Made by a program: the position numbers and the translations under genes
Virus record (IMG/VR): IMGVR_UViG_3300031244_000002
Coordinates: 1-61,666 of that record
Reading direction: 5' to 3' (one strand)
Length of the DNA: 61,666 nucleotides
DNA from: a virus
Taxonomy: Duplodnaviria; Caudoviricetes
The notes under the pieces: generated by a model
What the model was told of the DNA's origin: nothing
Databases searched by the model: none
The model's input: only the letters and a program-made list of their open reading frames with translations
In this document: positions 28,999 to 36,563 of the stretch, in pieces
Layout of the letters: every line of letters begins with the position of its first letter
Numbering within the stretch: position 1 is the stretch's first letter

Positions 28999-30090
28999 AT
29001 GCATATACTCACACTAGAAGACACGGTAGATCTCGGTTCAAAGCAGGTAATTAAACCAGATAGCTACCTCATTGACGACATAAACGCAGCCCACCTACTT
29101 GTCCTCGCAAGCCGAGGAACGATGAATAAACTGGCTACTATTCGTACTCTAGACGAAACACAAGATTGGAACAATAAGCGCATCCTTGTTATGCGTGCAG
29201 GTGGGTTTGGTGATCTTGTTTTGTTAACCCCGGTGCTCCGAGAAATTAAGCGCCGATGGCCATCCTGCTATATCGCCGTTTCTACGATGGCCACATACGC
29301 CCAGGTTATCTCTAACCTGCCATACGTTGACCACATATCTGAATATCCTATTCAAATCGATAACGCCAATACATTTGACGCATGGGTCTTTCTTGAAAAC
29401 GCGATCGAGAGAAACCCGCGCGCCGAAGAAGTTCATATGACCGAATTATTCGGTGAGATAGCCGGAATAAGCTCGATAGAAGATATTAAACCTGACTACA
29501 AGGTCAAAGCCACAGAGGCTATCTGGGCAAATGAAGCTTACCCCCGTGTTGAGGGCACACGCCGATGCTGCATCCAGATCGGCACATCAGCACTCTGCCG
29601 AACTTATCCTCGTCCTAAGCTCGGTGAAGTCTGCACTGCACTAATCCAAAAAGGCTGGGAAGTATTTTTACTTGGAGCTAATGGGGAAATCCGGGTAGAT
29701 AAGATGCCTCACAATATGCGTAACCTTGCCGATGCCGATCTTACGCTTCGGCAGTCTGCAGCGGTTATGAATAACGCTGATGTATTTCTTGGTAGCGATT
29801 CGGCACTGCTCCATATTGCTGGAGCATTAGCAGTACCAGCTGTTGGTCTCTACGGACCATTCCCATGGTTCCTACGCACAAAGCACTGCCCAACGACCGT
29901 AGCGATTTCAGGAACGGGTGCATGCGCGCCGTGTTTCCATCACGTTAACTCTGCGCGTCGTAATCATTTCCCGGATTACTGCCCATCAAAGAGCAAGGGG
30001 ATATGCCAGGTGCTTGAGGATATATCACCAGCACGCATCGTCACAAAGCTTGAATCGATAGCGCGTAACCAAATTGATATGATCCAATAA
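28999..30090 (+). CDS. Glycosyltransferase family 9 (heptosyltransferase-like)
   Basis: RILVMRAGGFGDLVLLTPVLREIKRRWP; GSDSALLHIAGAL..PAVGLYGP. Confidence 0.85.
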   Translation: MHILTLEDTVDLGSKQVIKPDSYLIDDINAAHLLVLASRGTMNKLATIRTLDETQDWNNKRILVMRAGGFGDLVLLTPVLREIKRRWPSCYIAVSTMATYAQVISNLPYVDHISEYPIQIDNANTFDAWVFLENAIERNPRAEEVHMTELFGEIAGISSIEDIKPDYKVKATEAIWANEAYPRVEGTRRCCIQIGTSALCRTYPRPKLGEVCTALIQKGWEVFLLGANGEIRVDKMPHNMRNLADADLTLRQSAAVMNNADVFLGSDSALLHIAGALAVPAVGLYGPFPWFLRTKHCPTTVAISGTGACAPCFHHVNSARRNHFPDYCPSKSKGICQVLEDISPARIVTKLESIARNQIDMIQ

Positions 30091-30103
30091 ACGCCATCTT
30101 CAA

Positions 30104-30148
30104 GAGTGAGCCATTACAAAGGTATTATCTGTAATACCATGGTTAGAG
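30104..30148. repeat. Degenerate attC-like site 0
   Basis: GTGAGCCAT left-arm motif; right arm GGTATTATCTGTAATACCATGGTT is 21/24 identical to that of site 2. Confidence 0.45.
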
Positions 30149-30154
30149 AAATCT

Positions 30155-30343
30155 ATGAAAACTGAAAAAGACCAAACACAGGAACAGATAAAGAACTAAC
30201 GCGACGTGCTCTTAAGCATCGAAGGCCAGGCTCAAAAACGACACGAAGAATCCGAGCGCGTAATCAAGCTCCTCGTGTCCGCTGGCCTCGTAAGCGATGA
30301 CAAGGTAGCGCAGGCCCGCGCACTGGCAAACCCTCTCTGCTGA
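30155..30343 (+). pseudogene. Cassette 0 ORF with internal stop
   Basis: MKTEKDQTQEQIKN*RDVLLSIEG...ANPLC*; in-frame TAA at 30197-30199. Confidence 0.5.
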
Positions 30344-30458
30344 ACATCCCAGTGAGCCACGGATCTGCCGCGAACACCTAAAAACCATGAACTCCACTGA
30401 CAACCCATCGAAAACCAAGGAACCGGCAGAGACGTTGCGCTCTAGTGGCTGGTTGGCC
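30339..30458. repeat. attC-like site 1
   Basis: GCTGAAC..GTGAGCCACGGATCTGCCG...CGGCAGAGACGTTGCGCTCTAGTGGCTG-GTTGGCC; ATG 30387 in loop. Confidence 0.8.
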
Positions 30459-30719
30459 GCTCTGACGGAAACCGCCGATGACCGCGAGCACGATGCGGCC
30501 CTGGTAATGCTGGACGATCTTCGTGCCGCCCTGCGATACATCGACAAGCTGGAATGCGCGAGCCGCGAAAACCTAATCTCTGCGCGAATAATCGACGCAG
30601 AGAACAACCAACGGGGACACATCTACGCTATCACGAGAGACGCTAAATTTATCCTCGCCAGAACCGAAGCGGCTCTTTATTCGGCCAACAAACCCGACTC
30701 AGCTAAACCCAACCTGTAA
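30387..30719 (+). CDS. Cassette 1 hypothetical protein
   Basis: Starts in site 1 loop, ends in site 2. Confidence 0.6.
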   Translation: MNSTDNPSKTKEPAETLRSSGWLAALTETADDREHDAALVMLDDLRAALRYIDKLECASRENLISARIIDAENNQRGHIYAITRDAKFILARTEAALYSANKPDSAKPNL

Positions 30720-30752
30720 TTACCGGCATTGTCTGTAATGCCATGGTTCTCC
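30683..30752. repeat. attC-like site 2 (poorly paired arms)
   Basis: GGCCAAC..CTCAGC...GGCATTGTCTGTAATGCCATG-GTTCTCC. Confidence 0.6.
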
Positions 30753-30780
30753 ATCCGATTTTAACCTCAATCAAAACGAT

Positions 30781-31155
30781 ATGGGATACATACGACATGA
30801 CGCAATAATTGTAACCGCTTGGGACTCCGAGCGGCTCGCCAGATGCGTGGCTAAAGCCGCCGAACTCGGGCTATGCCACACGGAAATAGTCGGCTCTAAA
30901 AGCAACGGATATGCCTCTTTTATGATCGTGCCGGACGGCTCGAAAGAGGGATGGCCTGCATCTGATGAGGGTAAAACAGCGCGGGAGGCATGGATCTTTT
31001 GGGCGCGAAACACCGAGGAGCTTTGGGCTGACTGGGTGCTCGTGAACTACGGCGGAGATGAGCCGGAATATACAAGCATTGCAGACCACAACGGCAAAGA
31101 GGCCGGAGCATTGGAGAACAACCGCGCTTCAGCCACGCCGGAGAAAATGCTATGA
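30781..31155 (+). CDS. Cassette 2 hypothetical protein
   Basis: MGYIRHDAIIVT...NGYASFMIVPDGSKEGW. Confidence 0.7.
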   Translation: MGYIRHDAIIVTAWDSERLARCVAKAAELGLCHTEIVGSKSNGYASFMIVPDGSKEGWPASDEGKTAREAWIFWARNTEELWADWVLVNYGGDEPEYTSIADHNGKEAGALENNRASATPEKML

Positions 31156-31206
31156 AAACAGAAACGAACAAAGCTCCGGCGTTGCGCTGTGAGGCAATAG
31201 TTAGGC
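31113..31206. repeat. attC-like site 3
   Basis: GGAGAAC..TCAGCCACGCCGGAG...CTCCGGCGTTGCGCTGTGAGGCAATA-GTTAGGC; ATGA stop/start overlap in loop. Confidence 0.85.
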
Positions 31207-31418
31207 TCTCGTGGAGACAATGGCTAGACATCAAACACGGCCTAGAAAATGGCGTAGCGATGTGGAAGACACATGCCGAGCGATACAAGACCGATCCGAT
31301 TTACAACGATACGCCACGCAAAACCATACATCCGGTACACCGCAGGATCATCGCACAGTATGCGCGCGCGCTGAAAACGATAGAGCGTATCGAGCCGAAC
31401 ACCCGCAGTGAGCCATGA
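31152..31418 (+). CDS. Cassette 3 hypothetical protein
   Basis: Starts in site 3 loop. Confidence 0.55.
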   Translation: MKTETNKAPALRCEAIVRLSWRQWLDIKHGLENGVAMWKTHAERYKTDPIYNDTPRKTIHPVHRRIIAQYARALKTIERIEPNTRSEP

Positions 31419-31453
31419 CGCGCAGCGGCATTGGCTCTGATGCATGGTTGGAC
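31394..31453. repeat. attC-like site 4 (60 bp)
   Basis: GCCGAACACCCGCAGTGAGCCATGACGCGCAGCGGCATTGGCTCTGATGCATG-GTTGGAC. Confidence 0.9.
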
Positions 31454-31480
31454 TCCGAACTTAAACCTTAAAACTACTAA

Positions 31481-32221
31481 ATGAATGAGCTGGCTCTTTT
31501 CGCAGCAACTGGTGGCGGACTACTTGGTGGAAAACTCTGTGGATTCACCACTCGCTGCGCTGTTGAAATCAACCCCTTCCGAGCTAGCGTACTGCTCGCA
31601 CGGCAACGCGACGGTTTACTCCCACACTTCCCAATCTGGGACAACGTGTGCACGTTTGACGGCGTACCATGGCGAGGAATTATTAGGGTGGTATCTGGCG
31701 GGTTTCCGTGCCCAGACATCGCCTCTGGCGGACCAGGCACGGGAATCTTCGGAACCCGATCCGGCCTCGCATTTGAAATGCTCAGAATCATTGGTGAGGT
31801 TCGACCTGCAATCGGACTGTTTGAAAATAGCCCACTGCTCACTCGCCGCGGTCTCGAATACATCCTTTTTGCTCTGGCCCGCATGGGGTACGATGCGCAA
31901 TGGGGAGTGCTGGGGGCGAACCAAGCCGGTGCTTCCCACGGAAGAAAAAGGGCATGGGTTCTGGCATCCGACCCCAACCAAAAGCGACCATCAAGGGGCA
32001 ACGACAAACGCTCTAATCAGGAAGGATGGAAGGACGCGGACCTGTCAGCTGAGATACTGGCTGCAAGACCGTTCCCGACGAACGGGAACGACATACCCGC
32101 ACCCCACGTTTTTGGAGGCAGTGATGGGATGGCCAATGGGCTGGAGCGGGTTGCAGCCTGTGGAGACGGTCAAGTACCAGCAGTGGTGGCGCTCGCATGG
32201 CATCTTCTTTCAAATGAATAA
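31481..32221 (+). CDS. C5-cytosine DNA methyltransferase, alpha-type polypeptide (cassette 4)
   Basis: Motif I LFAATGG, IV GGFPC, VI ENSP, VIII HGRKR, X GDGQVP; motif IX not seen. Confidence 0.8.
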   Translation: MNELALFAATGGGLLGGKLCGFTTRCAVEINPFRASVLLARQRDGLLPHFPIWDNVCTFDGVPWRGIIRVVSGGFPCPDIASGGPGTGIFGTRSGLAFEMLRIIGEVRPAIGLFENSPLLTRRGLEYILFALARMGYDAQWGVLGANQAGASHGRKRAWVLASDPNQKRPSRGNDKRSNQEGWKDADLSAEILAARPFPTNGNDIPAPHVFGGSDGMANGLERVAACGDGQVPAVVALAWHLLSNE

Positions 32222-32282
32222 CCAACCAACACGCTCCGCAGAGGAGTCCAACATCCCAGCTCAGCCACGCCCGCGTGCGTGA
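31485..32282 (+). CDS. Alternative-frame beta-type polypeptide of the C5-MTase
   Basis: 265-codon +1-frame overlap with HPTP and motif-IX-like HPTFLEAVMGWPMGWS; reads into site 5 with AAC=Asn. Confidence 0.6.
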   Translation: MSWLFSQQLVADYLVENSVDSPLAALLKSTPSELAYCSHGNATVYSHTSQSGTTCARLTAYHGEELLGWYLAGFRAQTSPLADQARESSEPDPASHLKCSESLVRFDLQSDCLKIAHCSLAAVSNTSFLLWPAWGTMRNGECWGRTKPVLPTEEKGHGFWHPTPTKSDHQGATTNALIRKDGRTRTCQLRYWLQDRSRRTGTTYPHPTFLEAVMGWPMGWSGLQPVETVKYQQWWRSHGIFFQMNNQPTRSAEESNIPAQPRPRA

Positions 32283-32377
32283 ATCAATCTCATGGAAACA
32301 AAAAATAAACAGAGCGTCGGACAGACGCCAGAACAAGGACAGAGCAAGGGCGTTGCTGCTGTGGCGAATGGTTCGGT
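32246..32377. repeat. attC-like site 5
   Basis: GTCCAAC..CTCAGCCACGCCC...GGGCGTTGCTGCTGTGGCGAATG-GTTCGGT; ATG 32292 in loop. Confidence 0.85.
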
Positions 32378-32624
32378 ACTCCGACAGATGGACCCTCAGC
32401 CAAACTGGCACGAGGAGCCCATCTTCGACGGTGATTCATGGGGCGCGAGATATGTCGGCGCAACGTGTAGCGCGTACGGTGAACCCGAGCAGACTGTTGG
32501 CGAAGACTGGCACAAAGCTCCGGACGACATGCGCGGCGCGAAGCCAGTCGAGCACCTTGGGTACTGGTACTGGTCCTTACCGAACAAAACAGGTGACCAA
32601 TTCCGGGGCCAGTCGGCTCCGTGA
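32292..32624 (+). CDS. Cassette 5 hypothetical protein
   Basis: Starts in site 5 loop, ends in site 6. Confidence 0.55.
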   Translation: METKNKQSVGQTPEQGQSKGVAAVANGSVLRQMDPQPNWHEEPIFDGDSWGARYVGATCSAYGEPEQTVGEDWHKAPDDMRGAKPVEHLGYWYWSLPNKTGDQFRGQSAP

Positions 32625-32710
32625 CACTAAAACCCAGTATTTCATTTTATGGACAACATCGAAGCAACAACGGATAGCGCCCCGGAATTGGGTCTAGTGC
32701 ATGGTTCTTC
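32579..32710. repeat. attC-like site 6
   Basis: ACCGAAC..GTGACCAATTCCGGGGC...GCCCCGGAATTGGGTCTAGTGCATG-GTTCTTC; ATG 32649 in loop. Confidence 0.85.
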
Positions 32711-33038
32711 GGTTTGGCAGATAGTCAGCATTATTTCAGACTCAGAATACGAGGAAGTGAACTGCAATGGTGGGGATCGCCGACGCATCACGAAATCACG
32801 CTGCGTTTGCGGTCAACCCGTATTGATCGAGCATGACGCTAATCGTGGTGGCGTGCGCCGAACATGCCGAGCGGATGGAAAGCGCGTATTCTACCCCAAC
32901 CAGCCGGACGTGGGCTGGTGCGTGTTTCGCTGTAAAGGATGCGGAGAGCCCATCGACCTGACGTGTCCAGACGCGTCATATTCTTTGCAGAACACCAACC
33001 GTCAGACAACCCCGCACTCGACCCATGCCAACGAATAA
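32649..33038 (+). CDS. Cassette 6 Cys-rich (Zn-binding-like) protein
   Basis: CVCG...FRCKGCG. Confidence 0.55.
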   Translation: MDNIEATTDSAPELGLVHGSSVWQIVSIISDSEYEEVNCNGGDRRRITKSRCVCGQPVLIEHDANRGGVRRTCRADGKRVFYPNQPDVGWCVFRCKGCGEPIDLTCPDASYSLQNTNRQTTPHSTHANE

Positions 33039-33092
33039 TCCTCAAGTCCCACCCCTGGCGCCATCGGGGTTGTCTGTACGAGCTGGTTCTGC
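32987..33092. repeat. attC-like site 7
   Basis: GCAGAAC..TCAGACAACCCCG...CGGGGTTGTCTGTACGAGCTG-GTTCTGC; ATG 33025 in loop. Confidence 0.85.
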
Positions 33093-33411
33093 GATTCTTT
33101 GTGAATCATGCGGATACTCAGGCGTGATCGATAGCTATCTCCCGTCGATGTCGGCTTACGCCGATTGCCGATGCCCAAAATGCGGAAGCACGAAAAACCA
33201 GCACAACGCCGACTATTCCGACCGACTCCGCAAGGCGTGGAGCTGTAAACATGTCGAGACACTGGTGGATGCGGGGCGCGCAAATGGGCACCTGATCCTT
33301 AAGTGCACCGAATGCGGATGCGTGGGGCTTGATTGGGCGATGCGCGGCGAACGGCCTCCTTTGCAGAACATCGCTGTGAGCCAACCCGGCACCCGGCCCG
33401 AAACTACCTAA
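33025..33411 (+). CDS. Cassette 7 Zn-ribbon protein
   Basis: CESCG, CPKCG, CTECG. Confidence 0.6.
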   Translation: MPTNNPQVPPLAPSGLSVRAGSAILCESCGYSGVIDSYLPSMSAYADCRCPKCGSTKNQHNADYSDRLRKAWSCKHVETLVDAGRANGHLILKCTECGCVGLDWAMRGERPPLQNIAVSQPGTRPETT

Positions 33412-33465
33412 ACGCAACGGCCTACCTGTGGCAGCATACGGGTTGGCTCTAAAAACTGGTTCGCA
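33363..33465. repeat. attC-like site 8
   Basis: GCAGAAC..GTGAGCCAACCCG...CGGGTTGGCTCTAAAAACTG-GTTCGCA. Confidence 0.85.
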
Positions 33466-33477
33466 CTTCTTTTCTCC

Positions 33478-33741
33478 ATGAAACTATACACCGTAGAAGT
33501 AACATTCAAAACCGTGATCCTCGCCGAAGACGCGAGGGACGCTGAAAATCAGGCCGAGAGCATCGTGAAGCGCGAAGATGATACCGCCGAAACCGTATCC
33601 GCTTTCGAACTGACTAACATCGACGAGCTTCCCGCACCCTGGGAGCCGAAATGCAGACCGTGGGGTAGAGCCCGCGACCCGTACGACCGCACAATCGGCG
33701 GCATTCTTGCGAACAACCAAGGTGACACACGCCATGAATGA
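33478..33741 (+). CDS. Cassette 8 hypothetical protein
   Basis: MKLYTVEVTF..VILAED...A; own start after site 8. Confidence 0.65.
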   Translation: MKLYTVEVTFKTVILAEDARDAENQAESIVKREDDTAETVSAFELTNIDELPAPWEPKCRPWGRARDPYDRTIGGILANNQGDTRHE

Positions 33742-33797
33742 CTCCGCTCAACAGAAAGGTGCCAGCAATGGCGTTGTGCCTAGCGCACTGGTTAGGC
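33708..33797. repeat. attC-like site 9
   Basis: TGCGAAC..GTGACACACGCCAT...ATGGCGTTGTGCCTAGCGCACTG-GTTAGGC; ATG 33734 inside. Confidence 0.8.
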
Positions 33798-34057
33798 CGA
33801 GAGTAGGACAGTGTTGGGCCTTTGGAGGCAGGAATGGGCGACTCGTAACAATTACCAGAGTATCTCATGGAATATGCGGATGCTGGGGCACTAGCACAAA
33901 GGGAAAGCTAGTGCCGGTTGGCGATAATCCGCATACTTGTTTTTACGTTCACGCAACGCCGTCTTGCTCGGCTCAATCGGTAAAATCATGGCTCTACAAC
34001 TGGCACTTTGTCAGTGGGACTAACGCCAGTGATGACCAACGAGCACAGCGAGAATAA
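33734..34057 (+). CDS. Cassette 9 hypothetical protein
   Basis: Start moved to ATG 33734 (MNDSAQQK) within site 9. Confidence 0.5.
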   Translation: MNDSAQQKGASNGVVPSALVRPRVGQCWAFGGRNGRLVTITRVSHGICGCWGTSTKGKLVPVGDNPHTCFYVHATPSCSAQSVKSWLYNWHFVSGTNASDDQRAQRE

Positions 34058-34136
34058 CTTTATGGACCAAAATACAACTCAACCTCAAGCCAACCAAGGA
34101 GCCGCTGTGCTCGTTGGGTCTGGCACTTTGTTAGGC
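34018..34136. repeat. attC-like site 10
   Basis: GACTAAC..ATGACCAACGAGCACAGCG...CGCTGTGCTCGTTGGGTCTGGCACTTT-GTTAGGC; ATG 34062 in loop. Confidence 0.85.
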
Positions 34137-34427
34137 GTCGGTTCTTCCGTGACATGGTGCCACTCGTCATCGAATGGCCGATCAATCGGATTCACGACAC
34201 GGCGCGGCAAGATCGTTCAAATCAACCACGAGAACGGCATGGCATTCGTGAAGTTCAGGGGAACGCACCTATGGATACGGCTCACGCGGCTGCGCTCGGC
34301 AAGCGCACGTACAGAACTCACCGAAATGGTCATGGAGGATGCTTCGCCTAAAGCGAGCCCGGCAAGCGACGATCCGCACGCCGCTGCAATATTCAACCTG
34401 CACCGCAGTAGGCAGGGACTCGCCTAA
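34062..34427 (+). CDS. Cassette 10 hypothetical protein (SH3/KOW-like)
   Basis: VGSSVTW...RRGKIVQI...AFVKFRG; stop TAA is part of core GCCTAAC. Confidence 0.5.
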   Translation: MDQNTTQPQANQGAAVLVGSGTLLGVGSSVTWCHSSSNGRSIGFTTRRGKIVQINHENGMAFVKFRGTHLWIRLTRLRSASARTELTEMVMEDASPKASPASDDPHAAAIFNLHRSRQGLA

Positions 34428-34521
34428 CGCCGGGGGTGAGACATGACCTGCGCCACAACCAACTCCCGAATTAACCTCAAAACGTCCAGCGCAGGGCATT
34501 GTCTCTAATCGCTGGTTCGCA
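34422..34521. repeat. attC-like site 11
   Basis: GCCTAAC..GTGAGACATGACCTGCGC...GCGCAGGGCATTGTCTCTAATCGCTG-GTTCGCA. Confidence 0.85.
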
Positions 34522-34528
34522 TCTTTTT

Positions 34529-34783
34529 ATGACCGACTTACACGCAATGAAACGAGAAATCGAGGGTGGCGACAATATGCGCGACCTCTCAGAGCTGCAC
34601 GCTTCCGATCTGGGCGAAATCGTCTGGCAGCATCGGAGTGGCGCAACCGACATCTACATCGCCAAGCGCCTGCGGGCAAAGCTCTGGCAGGTGAAAAACT
34701 ACATCCGCGATGTGGAGAAACGCTTTTCTGCGAACGTTACAGGTCAGCCACTCGGCAGAACAACCAATCAACATGAGCAATAA
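34529..34783 (+). CDS. Cassette 11 small HTH-like protein
   Basis: SGATDIYIAKRLRAKLWQVKNYI; start moved to ATG 34529. Confidence 0.5.
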   Translation: MTDLHAMKREIEGGDNMRDLSELHASDLGEIVWQHRSGATDIYIAKRLRAKLWQVKNYIRDVEKRFSANVTGQPLGRTTNQHEQ

Positions 34784-34840
34784 ACAAAATCGTAAGAAAA
34801 AGGACGGACAGCCGAGTTGCGCTGTAGCGACTGGTTCGGC
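34729..34840. repeat. attC-like site 12
   Basis: TGCGAAC..GTCAGCCACTCGGC...GCCGAGTTGCGCTGTAGCGACTG-GTTCGGC; ATG 34773 in loop. Confidence 0.85.
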
Positions 34841-35042
34841 TCAGTCCTTCAATAGTCGTATAACATTCTTCGGGTGTTTGATACTTGAAGAACCAACTGG
34901 ACAATGGGCCGTTGTCGAAACCCATGCGTTCAGAACGCGCGAAGAAGCTCAGTCTTTCGGAGAAGCAAAACTGCTGCTCACGCATGAAAGTGTGAAGCCG
35001 TCGCGTCTCGTGTGGAGGATAAAATCTCATGTCGCCCTTTGA
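34773..35042 (+). CDS. Cassette 12 hypothetical protein
   Basis: Start moved to ATG 34773 (MSNKQNRK). Confidence 0.5.
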   Translation: MSNKQNRKKKDGQPSCAVATGSAQSFNSRITFFGCLILEEPTGQWAVVETHAFRTREEAQSFGEAKLLLTHESVKPSRLVWRIKSHVAL

Positions 35043-35045
35043 TCT

Positions 35046-35105
35046 GCCGAACACCCGCAGTGAGCCATGACGCGCAGCGTCATTGGCTCTGATGCATGGT
35101 TCTGC
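35046..35105. repeat. attC-like site 13 (near-copy of site 4)
   Basis: 55/56 identical to site 4 up to GTT; ends GTTCTGC. Confidence 0.9.
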
Positions 35106-35122
35106 CCCTAAATCTCAAACTT

Positions 35123-35653
35123 ATGAAAACACCTAGAACAAACGCACAGATAATTCTTTTGACCGACGCTGAATCGGAAATGCTCCATCTTTTGAGTGGA
35201 GAACGCAGGCTGGTTCCTGCTGCGCTGGCTGAATCGCTAGAAACGCAGCTCACCCAATGGGTCGAAGCGGCGGACGCCTCGCAACAATCGCAGGCTTTCT
35301 ACGATGGATATGGAGAGGCGCAAATGCGGGCGATGCAGGCAATGATGACCAACGCCAAAACAGACGCCGACGATCAGGCGAAATGGGCAAAGCACTACTC
35401 CGACCGCTGCGACAAGCTGGTAGAACAGCTCGCGGAGTGCGCAGGCGTGCTGGCAAGCGTGGATACGGAACGCCGGTTTCGTGATATGCACGGAAACATT
35501 TGGATAAGCCAGACACTAGACTGGTGCAAGGGCGCGAAGGCCATCGGCGAGAAAGCAAACGCTCTACTGGAAGAGCACGACGATCTTTCCGCGCAGAACG
35601 CCGTCCATGAGCCAACCGCGCAACCCGGCCCATCGAAGCCCCTGGCGTCATAG
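35123..35653 (+). CDS. Cassette 13 coiled-coil hypothetical protein
   Basis: MKTPRTNA...VPAALAESLETQL; ends in site 14. Confidence 0.6.
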   Translation: MKTPRTNAQIILLTDAESEMLHLLSGERRLVPAALAESLETQLTQWVEAADASQQSQAFYDGYGEAQMRAMQAMMTNAKTDADDQAKWAKHYSDRCDKLVEQLAECAGVLASVDTERRFRDMHGNIWISQTLDWCKGAKAIGEKANALLEEHDDLSAQNAVHEPTAQPGPSKPLAS

Positions 35654-35680
35654 CGGTTGGCTCTGGGGACATGGTTAGGA
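35593..35680. repeat. attC-like site 14
   Basis: GCAGAAC..ATGAGCCAACCGC...GCGGTTGGCTCTGGGGACATG-GTTAGGA. Confidence 0.85.
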
Positions 35681-35690
35681 CTCCGAATTT

Positions 35691-35987
35691 ATGACACCAG
35701 AAAAACTAGATAAACTAATCGACAACATGAAACTTCCGCTTGGCGGCCCAGCATGGCTGCGCGCTAAGGCTGACGAAAAAGACGAGCTATTTCACCTAAT
35801 CACGTCGCCTGACCCAATAAATCGGCGCGAAGATGAGAGAGAAATCATTGGACTTAGGGATGCCGCAACGCGAATGGAGTACCTAGAACTGACGCTTGAG
35901 ATGCTCGATAAGCGCGTCCACTCAAACTACGACTTCAACGCCGACCCAGACAAGATGACGCTGCGCGTGTCGCGTGCTTTGTCCTAA
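35691..35987 (+). CDS. Cassette 14 hypothetical protein
   Basis: Stop TAA is part of core TCCTAAC. Confidence 0.6.
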   Translation: MTPEKLDKLIDNMKLPLGGPAWLRAKADEKDELFHLITSPDPINRREDEREIIGLRDAATRMEYLELTLEMLDKRVHSNYDFNADPDKMTLRVSRALS

Positions 35988-36079
35988 CAACCCAGCTCAG
36001 CCATGACCATGCCACTACCGACTCCAGCTCTCGCAGAAACGACCGCGCATGGTCATTGCGCTGTGGCGACTGGTTCTGC
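35982..36079. repeat. attC-like site 15
   Basis: TCCTAAC..CTCAGCCATGACCATGC...GCATGGTCATTGCGCTGTGGCGACTG-GTTCTGC; ATG 36003 inside. Confidence 0.85.
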
Positions 36080-36563
36080 CTCCGTCTTGGATGCGTGCTG
36101 CGGAAGTCGCATGTTCTGGTTCGACCGCGCTGACCCTCGTGCAATCTTCATCGACAAACGAAGCGAGCGGCACGAGCTGCCAGATAAATCAAGCAAGGGC
36201 GGAAAGCGGTCTCTGATCGTCGCGCCGGACATCGTCGCCGACTTCACGGCGCTTCCGTTCGCGGATGAGACGTTCGCGCTCGTGAGCTTCGATCCGCCGC
36301 ACTTCGAGCGCAATGGCGCGAAGGGCTGGGTCGGGCTGAAATACGGCACGCTCACGGGCGACTGGCGCGAGATGCTGCGCAAAGGCTTTGCCGAGTGCTT
36401 CCGAGTGCTCAAGCACGAGGGCACGCTCGTTTTCAAATGGTGCGAGGATGAAATCCCGGTCTCGCAGATCCTACAACTCACGCCGGAGCGGCCGCTGTTC
36501 GGCAACCGCTGTGGCAAAACCGCGAAAACGCACTGGGTCGTTTTCTTAAAGCAGAACAAGTAG
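36003..36563 (+). CDS. SAM-dependent (amino-type DNA) methyltransferase, cassette 15
   Basis: VLDACCGSRMFWFD (SAM binding), DFTALPF.D.TF.LV.FDPPH (DPPY-like), GTLVFKW. Confidence 0.8.
   Translation: MTMPLPTPALAETTAHGHCAVATGSASVLDACCGSRMFWFDRADPRAIFIDKRSERHELPDKSSKGGKRSLIVAPDIVADFTALPFADETFALVSFDPPHFERNGAKGWVGLKYGTLTGDWREMLRKGFAECFRVLKHEGTLVFKWCEDEIPVSQILQLTPERPLFGNRCGKTAKTHWVVFLKQNK

Noticed and set aside
10481-30343. Stop-codon reassignment suggested by in-frame TAA/TAG at 10481-10650 and 30197
   Set aside because: TAA, TAG and TGA all end well-defined genes (capsid TAA, terL TAG, 2219-aa gene TGA) and long genes are uninterrupted; local decay or sequence error is simpler
34001-34134. Direct repeat TGGCACTTTGT(C/T)AG on both sides of site 10
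   Set aside because: Single 14-nt instance not seen at other sites; cannot be distinguished from chance or a one-off duplication
30339-36079. CRISPR array, REP elements or simple terminators as explanation of the intergenic palindromes
   Set aside because: Units are gene-sized, repeats vary in length and sequence, lack U-tails, and show offset core complementarity that these elements would not produce
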